In this document: positions 28,848 to 39,996 of the stretch, piece after piece
Numbering within the stretch: position 1 is the stretch's first letter
Layout of the letters: every line of letters starts with the position of its first letter
Source: a bacterium
Lineage (GTDB): Bacteria > Patescibacteriota > Microgenomatia > Woykebacterales > RBG-16-39-9b
Length of the DNA: 64,000 nt
Assembly: GCA_030704665.1 (NCBI GenBank)
Contig: JAUYID010000009.1
Coordinates: 163 to 64,162 of the forward strand
Reading direction: 5' to 3'
The notes under the pieces: model-generated
What the model was told of the DNA's origin: nothing
Databases searched by the model: none
The model's input: the letters and a program-made list of their open reading frames with translations, nothing else
Position numbers and translations under genes: made by a program

Positions 28848-28859
28848 GATCGTCTCCTT

Positions 28860-29050
28860 ATTGGGTCAGGGGAGGTTCAGTAAGAGCTTCACTAAACCTC
28901 CCCTTCTTCCGGCAGCTGGGTTATCTCTGCTTCTGGGCTCCGTACTCGGCGAGCCGGGCCCCCACTAATCACCTCTCACCAGGCAGCTACTGCCGGTGCG
29001 GGTCAGCCCTGAGATCAGGAGTCAAACCCTTTAAATTAACCCAGCTATGA
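28860..29050 (-). ncRNA. Candidate retron msr-msd non-coding RNA upstream of the RT
   Basis: 10-bp inverted repeats AGCTGGGTTA (29046-29037 on minus) and TAACCCAGCT (28923-28914), as in retron a1/a2. Internal stems GGGGAGGTT-17nt-AACCTCCCC, GGCTCgccgagtacgGAGCC, CCGGCAGtagCTGCCtGG. TGgTATATA extended -10 upstream. Confidence 0.5.
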
Positions 29051-29077
29051 CCTATATACCAGTTTCCCGGCAAAAGA

Positions 29078-29102
29078 AAAAGGGCCCGAAAGCCCTTTTC
29101 TC
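29078..29102. terminator. Intrinsic terminator downstream of groEL
   Basis: aaaAAGGGCccgaaaGCCCTTttct, palindromic with T/A runs either side. Confidence 0.6.
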
Positions 29103-29128
29103 TTTATCTTTAATCTGTTGATCTTAGT

Positions 29129-31077
<1,949 letters not shown>

Positions 31078-31252
31078 TTTTTTATTTACCTCCTAATTTA
31101 ACTAACGAGTAATTGTTGACTTAGAAAATGAAGGAAATCAAGGAGCAGGAAATTGGTAACTCCCTCAAGACCCGTCACTTTCTTTATCACTCGGGCAATT
31201 GTGCTGCTAAATTTTAGGGAAGTTGGCTTGGTTTGTCAAGCGCTAGATCAAG

Positions 31253-32614
31253 TTAATTCGACTGGGGAACTCCGGGCGGGGCTAAAGCAGACGAAAGGCC
31301 GAATTTTTCAAGGGTCGGTTCAATTTCTTTGGCAATCGTAATGATACTTCCCAACTGGTCGTCTGAGGTGGCACTCAGATCAAGCCATTTCCGAAAGCTT
31401 TCGACAATCTTTCCATTGAGAAGATCCTCGCCTGTATCCGAATTCAAATACCAAGTTTTGGCAAAAGGTGCTTGTTTTACGTAAGGGGCTAAAAGAGGGT
31501 CGCCGGTCAGCTCGGCAGCCATCGCCACCCGAGGGTAAGCTCGACCAAGACCACGAATTTTTGTTTCAAGAATAAAGATTTTTTTTAGTGCACTCTCTTC
31601 AGAAAGAAACTTAGCGAATTTCCAAGCCTCAAGCTGATTCTCACCCGCGGCGTTGACGGCGTTGGCCCAATAACTTCCCCAGCTGACCGGATCAGACTCA
31701 ACTACTTGGGGGACCGGGGCAACACCAAAACTAAGTTTGACACCTTTATCTTTGGCAATTTCGGAAATTTCGGCTAGTTTGTAGGCTGGAAAAAAGGCCA
31801 TGGCGACCTTACCCTGCGCAAAAGCTTCAAGCGAAGGTGGTAAGATCGCTTCCCAAACCTTGTATTTGGAAGCAAAGTTTAAATAAACCAGAAGAGCGTC
31901 TGCTCCTAAATTCCTACCATCGAGGGAGGAGTTGGAAGCAAGGAAGTTCTTTTTATCTTTGATGAAGCTAACTTTATTCTGCAAAAGCAACTGTCCAACA
32001 ATCTCAGAGAAATAGTCAACATTTTTACTACTTCCCAGAGCGACTCCGGCGGTTTTGATTTTGCCGCGATCATCGTAATTGGTAATGACAGAGGCCATGT
32101 TAACCAGGGAATCAAGGTCTTTTGGAGGAGAGTCAAAACCTTTGGCTTTGAGTAAAGTTTTGTTGTAAACCAAGGCCAGACCATCAATTTCCAAAGGGAT
32201 TCCTCGATAAGAACCGTTTGACTTTAAACTTTCTTTGACGAGAGGGTAAAAGGTTTTTTCAAACTCAGAGCTCGAATAAATTTCATCAGGAAGACTGGCC
32301 AGGTGACTGCCTAGCACAGGCAGCCAACCGCTGTGGGACCAAAAGAGATCTGGCCCATTCTTTTCGCCCAGGGCTTTGTTTAGGAAAGAAAAATAGCTGC
32401 TTGCATTTTTCTGCTCGTATTCGATGATGATGTTGGGGTTTTTCTTTTGGTACTCTTCCTTGAGAGGGTTAATCGCTTCCGGATCCCAAAGACCGAGATA
32501 GTGAAGAACGACCGGTCCGGGAGCCTTTTTTCGGGAGAAAAACAGGACTAAGACAATACTGAGAACCAGAAAAAGAACAAGTCCAACAATGATGAAAGGC
32601 AGAAAGCGCTTCAT
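31253..32614 (-). CDS. ABC transporter extracellular solute-binding protein (family 1, sugar-type), membrane-anchored
   Basis: N-terminal TM anchor and general SBP_bac_1 composition. No permease genes seen nearby. Confidence 0.5.
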   Translation of the reverse strand: MKRFLPFIIVGLVLFLVLSIVLVLFFSRKKAPGPVVLHYLGLWDPEAINPLKEEYQKKNPNIIIEYEQKNASSYFSFLNKALGEKNGPDLFWSHSGWLPVLGSHLASLPDEIYSSSEFEKTFYPLVKESLKSNGSYRGIPLEIDGLALVYNKTLLKAKGFDSPPKDLDSLVNMASVITNYDDRGKIKTAGVALGSSKNVDYFSEIVGQLLLQNKVSFIKDKKNFLASNSSLDGRNLGADALLVYLNFASKYKVWEAILPPSLEAFAQGKVAMAFFPAYKLAEISEIAKDKGVKLSFGVAPVPQVVESDPVSWGSYWANAVNAAGENQLEAWKFAKFLSEESALKKIFILETKIRGLGRAYPRVAMAAELTGDPLLAPYVKQAPFAKTWYLNSDTGEDLLNGKIVESFRKWLDLSATSDDQLGSIITIAKEIEPTLEKFGLSSALAPPGVPQSN

Positions 32615-33486
32615 TCCGCAATTTTTTCTTTAAGATATTTTTTAACTTCGTCACCGAAATCAGGATGCTCAAGGCCAATATCGATCAGGGCCTTTAAATA
32701 ACCAAACTTATCCCCAGTGTCGTAATAAACACCGTTTTTGATCTCAATTGTATAAACATCCTGAATTTTCAACAAATGGTTCAGCGCGTCCACGTAAACC
32801 AACTCTTGACCTTCTTCCACCTCGACTGCTTCGATAGCGTCGAAAATTTCCGGGGTGAAAAGAAATCCAGAGACAATTGCTAAATCAGAAGGGACTTTGT
32901 CTTGCCCAGGTTTTTCGATGACCCTGTCTACTTTAACCACTCCATCAGCAATTTCTTTGCCTGCGGCAAAACCGTATTTTTTTGTGTCCTCTGGTTTGCT
33001 AGTTTTGTAACCTGAAAGTATCGATGAACCATACTTTTCGTAAGCTGCAACCAGCTGTTGGGAACGAGTTGGGTTTGACTTGATAAAATCATCCCCCCAA
33101 AGGACGAGAAAAGGTTCGTTGCCAACAATGTGGCGAGCATTGAGTATTGGAGTAGCGTTGCCGAGGTGGCCCTTTTGACGGATGTAGATAAAGTTGGCGA
33201 GGTTGGCGATTTCGCGAATCTCAGCTAGTTCTTTTTCTTTACCCGAAGCTTCCAATCTTTTTTCAAGTTCGAAGGGGTAGTCAAAGTGATCCTCAATACT
33301 TTTTTTGTGCCAACCAGTGACGATGATCACATCCTCAATACCAGCTGAAACTGCGTCCTCAACCACGTATTGGATGATTGGCTTGTCGATCAGGGGGAGC
33401 ATTTCCTTCGGCATCGCCTTGGTAGCGGGGAGAAAACGGGTTCCGAAACCGGCTGCCGGAATAATACACTTACGAATCTTTTTCAT
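32611..33486 (-). CDS. galU: UTP--glucose-1-phosphate uridylyltransferase
   Basis: KCIIPAAGFGTRFLPATKAMPKEMLP nucleotidyltransferase signature; 291 aa. Confidence 0.9.
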   Translation of the reverse strand: MKKIRKCIIPAAGFGTRFLPATKAMPKEMLPLIDKPIIQYVVEDAVSAGIEDVIIVTGWHKKSIEDHFDYPFELEKRLEASGKEKELAEIREIANLANFIYIRQKGHLGNATPILNARHIVGNEPFLVLWGDDFIKSNPTRSQQLVAAYEKYGSSILSGYKTSKPEDTKKYGFAAGKEIADGVVKVDRVIEKPGQDKVPSDLAIVSGFLFTPEIFDAIEAVEVEEGQELVYVDALNHLLKIQDVYTIEIKNGVYYDTGDKFGYLKALIDIGLEHPDFGDEVKKYLKEKIAE

Positions 33487-33573
33487 TGTTTTGAACCTAA
33501 GTGAATTAATGGTATCATAGGTATGAGAAGAGAGGCAAATTAATCTCCAGAGAAAGGTGGTGAATAAAAATTT

Positions 33574-34152
33574 ATGTTAAAGAAAAATCCCAACCAACGT
33601 GTTGGTGTTTTCGTTGATGTCCAAAATATGTACTACTCGGCCAAAAACCTTTATGAAGGTCAGCGGGTCAATTTCAGCCAGATTTTGGAAAAGGCCACCG
33701 CTGGTCGACAAATGATTCGTGCTTTTGCTTACGTCATTAAAGCTTCAATGCCTGAGGAGCAGACCTTTTTTGATGCTCTCGAAAAGGCCGGTTTTGAAGT
33801 CAAAAGTAAAGATGTTCAAATTTTCCCGGGTGGGGTAAAAAAAGGTGATTGGGACGTCGGAATTGCGATCGATATGATTCGCCTCGCCCCAAGACTAGAT
33901 GTTCTAGTTTTGGTCTCTGGTGATGGGGACTACATTAACCTAGTCGAATATCTCCAAAACCAAGGCTACCGAGTCGAGTCGATGAGTTTTGGCAAATCTA
34001 CTTCTGGGAAACTGATCGAGCAAATCGATGAGTTCACGGATATGGATGAAAATTATCAACAGTATCTTTTCCCGATGAAAAGCTCAAAAGTCAGACGCAG
34101 TTTCCGACCCAAGTCTGATCCTGGCTCAACTCCGATCTTGCCCGAACTTTAG
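33574..34152 (+). CDS. NYN/LabA-like domain protein (predicted RNase/limkain-type)
   Basis: VGVFVDVQN...LVLVSGDGDY motif. Confidence 0.65.
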   Translation: MLKKNPNQRVGVFVDVQNMYYSAKNLYEGQRVNFSQILEKATAGRQMIRAFAYVIKASMPEEQTFFDALEKAGFEVKSKDVQIFPGGVKKGDWDVGIAIDMIRLAPRLDVLVLVSGDGDYINLVEYLQNQGYRVESMSFGKSTSGKLIEQIDEFTDMDENYQQYLFPMKSSKVRRSFRPKSDPGSTPILPEL

Positions 34153-34154
34153 GT

Positions 34155-35075
34155 CTCTAAAAACGAGAAAGCCACCCTAGGTCAAGTCAACCTGTGAAAG
34201 GTCTTCCTGATCTGGGTGGCCCTCTCTCCAATCAGATGTAATTCGGTTTTGTCGACATTACAGGCCGGTCTTTCCCAAGTTAGGTCTGATCAGCCTTGTC
34301 GGCGCCGGGACGGTCGCTTAGAGCTTCTTCAGGGTGAGGTCACTTCGCATGAAGTTGTCCTTTCCATGCGCTACTCGCTCTACCTGAGCGGATCCGGCAG
34401 TGGAGAAACACTCCACTTACTAGTCACTCTCGTTTCCAAGCCAACGTCTCGAAGTTAAAGCGTCCTTTGATCGGTTACGATGAGCCGGCGGCCCTCGACA
34501 CCGTAGCGGACGCAGACTCACCCGGTGTTCTCGCCCTTCGCGAGGCGCGACGACGACGCGCAGATTTCGTCAAACAACGTCACCAGAGCGAGGGCCGGGC
34601 CGTTCTTGTTGTGGAACATCTTCACTTCCTTTCTGTTCCACTCGTGTCGGCACACCGTGTGTCGATCACACCTTTCTTCCCAGAAAAGTGCCGCGATTAT
34701 AGCGCAGTCGATCTAGGTCTTGGTTAGACCTCCATGACGTTTGTCATGGGCCGACACCTGTTTCGCTCGTCAGTACACTACGTAGGAGCGGACCAGGATA
34801 AATGAAGCCCAGGTTTTAGTCGACATGCCTCGGCTCTACGAAAGGGTTGGTAGTGGGGTTCGTCACGTGTCCGGTTTGAGCATATGCTCAGAGTCCTTTC
34901 TACTGGAGACGTTGCCACGACCCTACTACGCTGCCTAATGGTGCTGTTCTTTATCGTCGTATGACGCCGACTTGAGGTGAACATCCTCACAATTTTCCCA
35001 GAAGCCATAGCACATGGTCTTATACGGGTAAGAGTCGGTTGAACACAGCACGCTCGAACAGCGGAGTATTCTCTC
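34155..35075 (-). ncRNA. Candidate ~0.9 kb GC-rich non-coding RNA (no credible ORF in six frames)
   Basis: Perfect consensus promoter immediately upstream on the minus strand. Many perfect hairpins/palindromes (TGAGCATATGCTCA, CATGACgtttGTCATG, GGTCTtggttAGACC). Terminal stem GCCACCC...GGGTGGC followed by a T-run at the far end. Confidence 0.4.
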
Positions 35076-35088
35076 TTTAATCGCCGTT

Positions 35089-35117
35089 ATTATAGTTAAG
35101 ACTTGCTTGCTTGTCAA
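35089..35117 (-). promoter_or_regulatory. Perfect consensus sigma70 promoter TTGACA-N17-TATAAT directed leftward into the GC-rich ORF-less island
   Basis: Minus strand reads TTGACA-agcaagcaagtcttaac-TATAAT (plus 35112-35117 tgtcaa; 35089-35094 attata). Overlaps the divergent tsaD promoter region. Confidence 0.6.
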
Positions 35118-35144
35118 GTTTCTCCCCACTGGTACAATCAAACT

Positions 35145-36128
35145 ATGAAAATTTTGGGGATTGAAACTTCTTGTGATGAAACTGCTCTGGCAGTGGTTGA
35201 AGACGGACAAAGAATTTTAAGTAATGTCATTTCTTCTTCTTTACCCTTGCACACCGAGACTGGGGGAATCATTCCCGAGAGAGCTGCACGCGAACAAACA
35301 AAAGCGATCATCCCTACCTTGCAAGCAGCTTTGGACGAAGCGAGTCTAAAACTTGAACAGCTCGATGCGGTCGCGGTCACAGCCGGTCCCGGCCTGATTG
35401 GCTCTTTATTAGTTGGGGTGGAAACTGCCAAAACTCTTGCTTATTTATCCAGTCTACCTCTAGTTCCCATTAACCACTTGATCGGACACGTCTACGCCAA
35501 CTGGCTCGAAAGAGAGGTTGAACCAACTTTTCCCAATCTGGCTTTAATAGTTTCTGGGGGACACACCGAAATTTTTTTGATGTACGGACACGGAAAATTT
35601 GAACGCCTCGGGGGAACCCGTGATGACGCCGCTGGTGAGGCTTTTGACAAAGGGGCCCGCCTACTTGGTCTTCCGTATCCGGGCGGACCTTCAATTCAGA
35701 AAAAGGCGGACTTAACCAAAACAGCTCTTTATAAACTCCCCCGACCAATGCTTGGTAGCCTTGATTTTGATTTTTCTTTTTCTGGGCTAAAAACTGCTTT
35801 AGCAACTTTGATCGAAAAAGAAAACATCCGCGCTAAAGATATTCCCGCCCTTGCAGCCAGTTTCCAAGAAGCGATTGTTGATACCTTGGTAACCAAAACC
35901 TTGAAAGCTACCGAAAAGTACAGGGTAAAAACAATTCTTCTTTCTGGTGGAGTTGCGGCCAACCAAAGGTTGCGGAACAAGTTCCAAGAAAGTTTCGATG
36001 GGGAAATAATTGTTTCTCGACCTGACTTGTCCGTCGACAACGGGGCGATGATTGCCGCCGCCGCTTTTTACAATTTTAAGAAAACGGGTTGGGACACAGT
36101 ACAAACCGATCCTGGCTTACTGCTTTAA
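35145..36128 (+). CDS. tsaD: tRNA N6-adenosine threonylcarbamoyltransferase TsaD (Kae1/Gcp)
   Basis: MKILGIETSCDETALAV, HxxGH metal site (NHLIGHVYANW), GGVAAN. Confidence 0.9.
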   Translation: MKILGIETSCDETALAVVEDGQRILSNVISSSLPLHTETGGIIPERAAREQTKAIIPTLQAALDEASLKLEQLDAVAVTAGPGLIGSLLVGVETAKTLAYLSSLPLVPINHLIGHVYANWLEREVEPTFPNLALIVSGGHTEIFLMYGHGKFERLGGTRDDAAGEAFDKGARLLGLPYPGGPSIQKKADLTKTALYKLPRPMLGSLDFDFSFSGLKTALATLIEKENIRAKDIPALAASFQEAIVDTLVTKTLKATEKYRVKTILLSGGVAANQRLRNKFQESFDGEIIVSRPDLSVDNGAMIAAAAFYNFKKTGWDTVQTDPGLLL

Positions 36129-36725
36129 CTTTCCTTCAACCTGCTCCTTGAGCAGTTCATAGTTTTGGCCACTTGAATCAAAAACTAGGGCTTGTTCTTC
36201 TGGCAAAGGCATTTGAGTCGAGGAAACTTCATACTGAAAAAGGTCTTTATCGAGAATAAAGCCTTTCTTCTCCCCTCTGGAAACTGCAAAGTTGGCTTTG
36301 CTGACTCTCTCAAAAGCGAGCTCTTCCTCAACTTGAAGGTTGATGAGAAGGAATTTACCACCCGAGCCGGCGACCAAATCCCGAATCACCTCTCTGTCGG
36401 TTCTATTTTTAACATTCGAGTCATAAACACAACTGTAACCTTGCTGAACAAGTTTCTCAATTGTTTTGCTTGCCAGCTCGAGAGACTCTTTTTGGGAATG
36501 CTCAAGCAGAGTCGATTTAGTGGTAAAAAGAAAGTGGGCCATTTGCTCATCGCTAATTAAAGCTAAGGGGAAGTCCTCACTCAACTTTGTTGCTAAGGTG
36601 CTTTTTCCTGAGCCCGGAATTCCGACAAAAAGGATTGCGACCGAAGGAGAAATTTTCTTATCTGGCAGTTTTAAAAGCCGAATGTTGTCAGCGGCTAGTT
36701 TGTCGATATTTCCCAAAACGCTCAT
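36117..36725 (-). CDS. P-loop kinase/NTPase (AAA_33/zeta-toxin-like fold)
   Basis: Walker A GIPGSGKST; about 200 aa. Confidence 0.5.
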   Translation of the reverse strand: MSVLGNIDKLAADNIRLLKLPDKKISPSVAILFVGIPGSGKSTLATKLSEDFPLALISDEQMAHFLFTTKSTLLEHSQKESLELASKTIEKLVQQGYSCVYDSNVKNRTDREVIRDLVAGSGGKFLLINLQVEEELAFERVSKANFAVSRGEKKGFILDKDLFQYEVSSTQMPLPEEQALVFDSSGQNYELLKEQVEGKLKQ

Positions 36726-36776
36726 TCAGTTAAATTGTACCACTTCAGCAGCACTCGCTAACAAAGGTCTTCTAGC

Positions 36777-39272
36777 TTGAGCTTGAACAAAGCTCACGCT
36801 ATAATAAGCCGAATGGAAAAGGTTTACGAACACCAAGAAGTGGAAAAGCGTTGGTACGACTTCTGGGAAAAGAAAGGTTACTTTCAACCCAGAGAAAGCA
36901 AAAAACACTTTTCAATAATCTTGCCCCCACCCAATGCCAACGGCAGACTGCACATTGGGCATGCCATGTATGTCATTGAAGATATTATGGTTCGTTACCA
37001 CCGTCTGCTCGGCGACTCAACTCTTTGGCTGCCCGGAGCTGATCACGCCGGGATTCTGACTCAAGTGGTTTACGAGCGCGAACTAGAAAAGAGCGGTAAA
37101 ACGCGCCAGGATTTGGGTCGAGAGGAATTCTTCAAACAAACTTACGCTTTTTCTCAGGAAAACAAAAAGCAGATGTATGAACAACTGCGGGCCATGGGTT
37201 TCTCTCTGGACTGGTCACGTGAAAAATTCACCTTGGATCCTGAAATAACCAAAGTTGTCTACCAAACTTTCAAAGCTCTCTACGATGACGGCCTGATTTA
37301 CCGCGGGACGCGGATGATCAACTGGTGTCCGCGCTGTGCCACGGTTCTTTCGGATCTCGAAGTGGTTCACCAAGAAAAAGAAAGTAACCTTTGGTTTATC
37401 CGCTATCCAATTAAGAATTCCAAAGAATTTGTCACTGTTGCTACCACTCGACCCGAAACGATGCTCGGCGACACTGCGGTGGCGGTACATCCGCAGGACA
37501 AGCGCTATAAAGATTTAGTCGGGAAAACGGCCATTTTACCACTCATGAACCGAGAAATCCTGATCATCGCTGATTCCTATGTCAACTCAGAGTTTGGGAC
37601 CGGTGCTGTCAAGATCACCCCAGCGCACGACCCCAATGACTACGAAATTGGCCAAAAACACAACTTAAGTCAGATCCAAGTCGTTGGCTTGGATGACAAA
37701 ATGACTGATTTATCGGGTAGTTATACTGGTCTTGATAAATATGCAGCCCGCAAACAAGTCGTTGCTGATTTGGAAAAACTCAGTTTAATTGAAAAAACCG
37801 ATCGCCTAAAAAACAACGTCGGGGTTTGTGAGCGCTGTGCTACCGTGGTGGAACCACAAGTTTCGCTGCAATGGTTTGTCGCCGTCAACAAAACCGGTAA
37901 AAGCGGGAAGAATCTGGCCAAGGACGCTCTAGCAGCTGTTAAATCTAAAAAAATTAAGATCATTCCAGCTCGTTTTGAAAAAATTTATTACAACTGGATG
38001 GAAAACATTCATGATTGGTGTATTAGCCGGCAACTGTGGTGGGGCCACCAAATTCCGGTTTGGTATTGTGGTGAGCCGAATCAAAAAAGAATGGGCTTTG
38101 CCGAAAGCATTGTTTCTCAGGTTTTAGAAAGTAAAACCAAAACTTACCGTCTACGTGATCACAGTTTTCAAGTCGGTGACAAGGTAGTTTTCGAAAATAG
38201 TGGTACGAAGAGAGTCTTTGGTCACGGAAGGATTAACGAAGTAACAAGAACAACAGTCGGTGAGCTGCCTTTAGCCGACAAAGCTCATGGCGCCGTTTAC
38301 CAGAACGTCGACGAGCTTATCGCCGCTTTCAAAAAACACAACCCAGACAAAGAAGTAACTTCCGAAACAGCCGCCTTTATTTATGGTTATGAATTCATCC
38401 CAGCAGAAAAACTGGCCAAAATTTGTGGTGAATTAATTGTTTCGTCTGAAAAACCAAAGCAATGTCCTGTTTGTGGCAACGAAAAGTTGACCCAGGATCC
38501 TGATACCCTGGACACCTGGTTTTCCTCAGGCCAGTGGCCGTTTACGACTCTTGGCTATGGACAAAAAGATGACTCTGACTTTAAAAATTTCTATCCAACC
38601 AGTGTCATGGAGACTGGCTATGACATTTTGTTCTTCTGGGTGGCGCGGATGATCATGCTTGGTTTGTACGTGACTGAAGATGTTCCTTTTCAGACAGTTT
38701 ACCTACACGGCCTGGTTCGGGATGAAAGGGGCCAAAAGATGAGTAAAAGCAAGAATAACGCCATTGATCCGCTGACCGTAGCTGAACAGTACGGTGCTGA
38801 CGCAGTGAGAATGGCCTTAGTTTTTGGAACTGGTCCTGGAAACGATGCCAACCTGGGTGAAGCTAAAATCAAAGGCATGCGCAACTTTACCAACAAACTC
38901 TGGAATATTGCCCGCTATATCATTGATATGGCCCCGGAAAAGACTGCTGAGCGTGTTGAAGAAACTGAAGATGACAAATGGATTCTAGCCGAGCTAGACA
39001 AAACTAAAACTAGTGTTACCAAGGCTCTTGATGACTATAGGTTTTCTCAGGCGGCGGAAGAGCTCTACGACTTCGTTTGGCGCCGACTGGCCGATAGGTA
39101 TATTGAAAGTACTAAGTCTCGTCGTAGTGAAGCACAGGCGGTCCTAGAGAAGGTTCTTGAGGACTCACTTCGCCTCCTCCACCCCTTCATGCCTTTCATA
39201 ACTGAGGAGATATGGCAACGCTTGCCCAACAAAAAAGGCACCTCGATAATGGTGTCCGAATGGCCAGTCTAA
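36777..39272 (+). CDS. valS: Valyl-tRNA synthetase (with a lineage-specific zinc-ribbon insertion)
   Basis: PPPNANGRLHIGHAMY (HIGH), KMSKSKNN (KMSKS), DTWFSSGQWPF. About 140-aa insertion between WYCGEP and DTLDTWF containing CPVCGNEKL. Confidence 0.9.
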   Translation: MSLNKAHAIISRMEKVYEHQEVEKRWYDFWEKKGYFQPRESKKHFSIILPPPNANGRLHIGHAMYVIEDIMVRYHRLLGDSTLWLPGADHAGILTQVVYERELEKSGKTRQDLGREEFFKQTYAFSQENKKQMYEQLRAMGFSLDWSREKFTLDPEITKVVYQTFKALYDDGLIYRGTRMINWCPRCATVLSDLEVVHQEKESNLWFIRYPIKNSKEFVTVATTRPETMLGDTAVAVHPQDKRYKDLVGKTAILPLMNREILIIADSYVNSEFGTGAVKITPAHDPNDYEIGQKHNLSQIQVVGLDDKMTDLSGSYTGLDKYAARKQVVADLEKLSLIEKTDRLKNNVGVCERCATVVEPQVSLQWFVAVNKTGKSGKNLAKDALAAVKSKKIKIIPARFEKIYYNWMENIHDWCISRQLWWGHQIPVWYCGEPNQKRMGFAESIVSQVLESKTKTYRLRDHSFQVGDKVVFENSGTKRVFGHGRINEVTRTTVGELPLADKAHGAVYQNVDELIAAFKKHNPDKEVTSETAAFIYGYEFIPAEKLAKICGELIVSSEKPKQCPVCGNEKLTQDPDTLDTWFSSGQWPFTTLGYGQKDDSDFKNFYPTSVMETGYDILFFWVARMIMLGLYVTEDVPFQTVYLHGLVRDERGQKMSKSKNNAIDPLTVAEQYGADAVRMALVFGTGPGNDANLGEAKIKGMRNFTNKLWNIARYIIDMAPEKTAERVEETEDDKWILAELDKTKTSVTKALDDYRFSQAAEELYDFVWRRLADRYIESTKSRRSEAQAVLEKVLEDSLRLLHPFMPFITEEIWQRLPNKKGTSIMVSEWPV

Positions 39273-39430
39273 TGTCATTCTCAGTTTGACTGAGAATCTA
39301 GATTCTCGATTTCTCGAGAATGACCCCTACTTTAGGCATGAAAAAACGGCCGGCCTGCGAAATGCACATCGTGCCTCGCAGTTGTGGATTTAACCACAGC
39401 CGACCGTCTTCGCTCTTCTCCAATTTCCGA

Positions 39431-39931
39431 TCAGGACACCGACGCTGGTTCACCAGTCTCGATAGCGCCAGGTTCTACCAGACCGTCTCCCTCGAGGCGA
39501 TGAACCACCAAGCCAAAGACGATAACCCGATCCAGCTCCATAGCAGCCAGACGCGCCGCCTCCGCGACTCTAATAGTCGGCTCGAGACCTAAACCCAGAA
39601 GTAACCTATCCGCAACTTCAACGAGCAGATCGACACTCCCAGTCCCAGACCAGGGGTAACCCTTGAAGATCGCCACTGCTTCCTTGAGCTCACTACGAAC
39701 AATGGCAGGGTGGTTCTGGAAGAACATCATCCGGAAGGTCAGCTCAACCAGAAACTGGTTGATCACTGTGGCCCTGCGCAGCATCAGACTCAGCTTGTCG
39801 AACTGCTGCTCGTCGAGCTGGCCAGCGAGATGGGCGTTGATCAGGGTTGGCCCCACCCACTCTGGAAGGAGCTTACCGCTGATCACTCGGTAAACCAGGT
39901 CTTGCATCTGCCGAAAGTTGTCTGTAATCAC
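39431..39931 (-). CDS. Island gene 4: 166-aa all-alpha protein, unknown function (GTG start)
   Basis: GTG start preceded by AAGGAG 8 nt upstream. GC-rich codon usage. No recognisable motif. Confidence 0.5.
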   Translation of the reverse strand: MITDNFRQMQDLVYRVISGKLLPEWVGPTLINAHLAGQLDEQQFDKLSLMLRRATVINQFLVELTFRMMFFQNHPAIVRSELKEAVAIFKGYPWSGTGSVDLLVEVADRLLLGLGLEPTIRVAEAARLAAMELDRVIVFGLVVHRLEGDGLVEPGAIETGEPASVS

Positions 39932-39996
39932 AGTACGTTCTCCTTCTAGCTTTCCTCAAGTCTCCAGCTTCCACCAGGCTTGTCGTCTGAGTGCGA

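Noticed and set aside
27747-29060. Diversity-generating retroelement (DGR) or group II intron interpretation of the RT island
   Set aside because: Domain 4 is QGxxxSP (retron/group II type), not the DGR [IVL]GxxxSQ form. No template/variable repeat pair or avd-like gene was noticed. Only ~200 nt of structured RNA flanks the ORF, and no domain V-like GAGC...GUAUG...ACGGUUC element was seen, so a group II intron is unlikely.
34153-35100. Hypothesis that the ORF-less island is a reversed or complemented (non-reverse-complemented) protein gene planted as a decoy
   Set aside because: I translated a reversed segment and a complemented segment by hand in all frames, and both were riddled with stops. 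The abundance of perfect hairpins also argues for a structured RNA rather than scrambled coding sequence.
34216-35210. Five 60-90-aa ORFs inside the 34.15-35.1 kb island (e.g. 34467..34727, 34778..35008)
   Set aside because: They are TTG- or ATG-initiated without Shine-Dalgarno sites. They have Arg/Ser/Thr/Pro-rich composition typical of random frames in GC-rich DNA, and they mutually overlap. I interpret the region as non-coding RNA.
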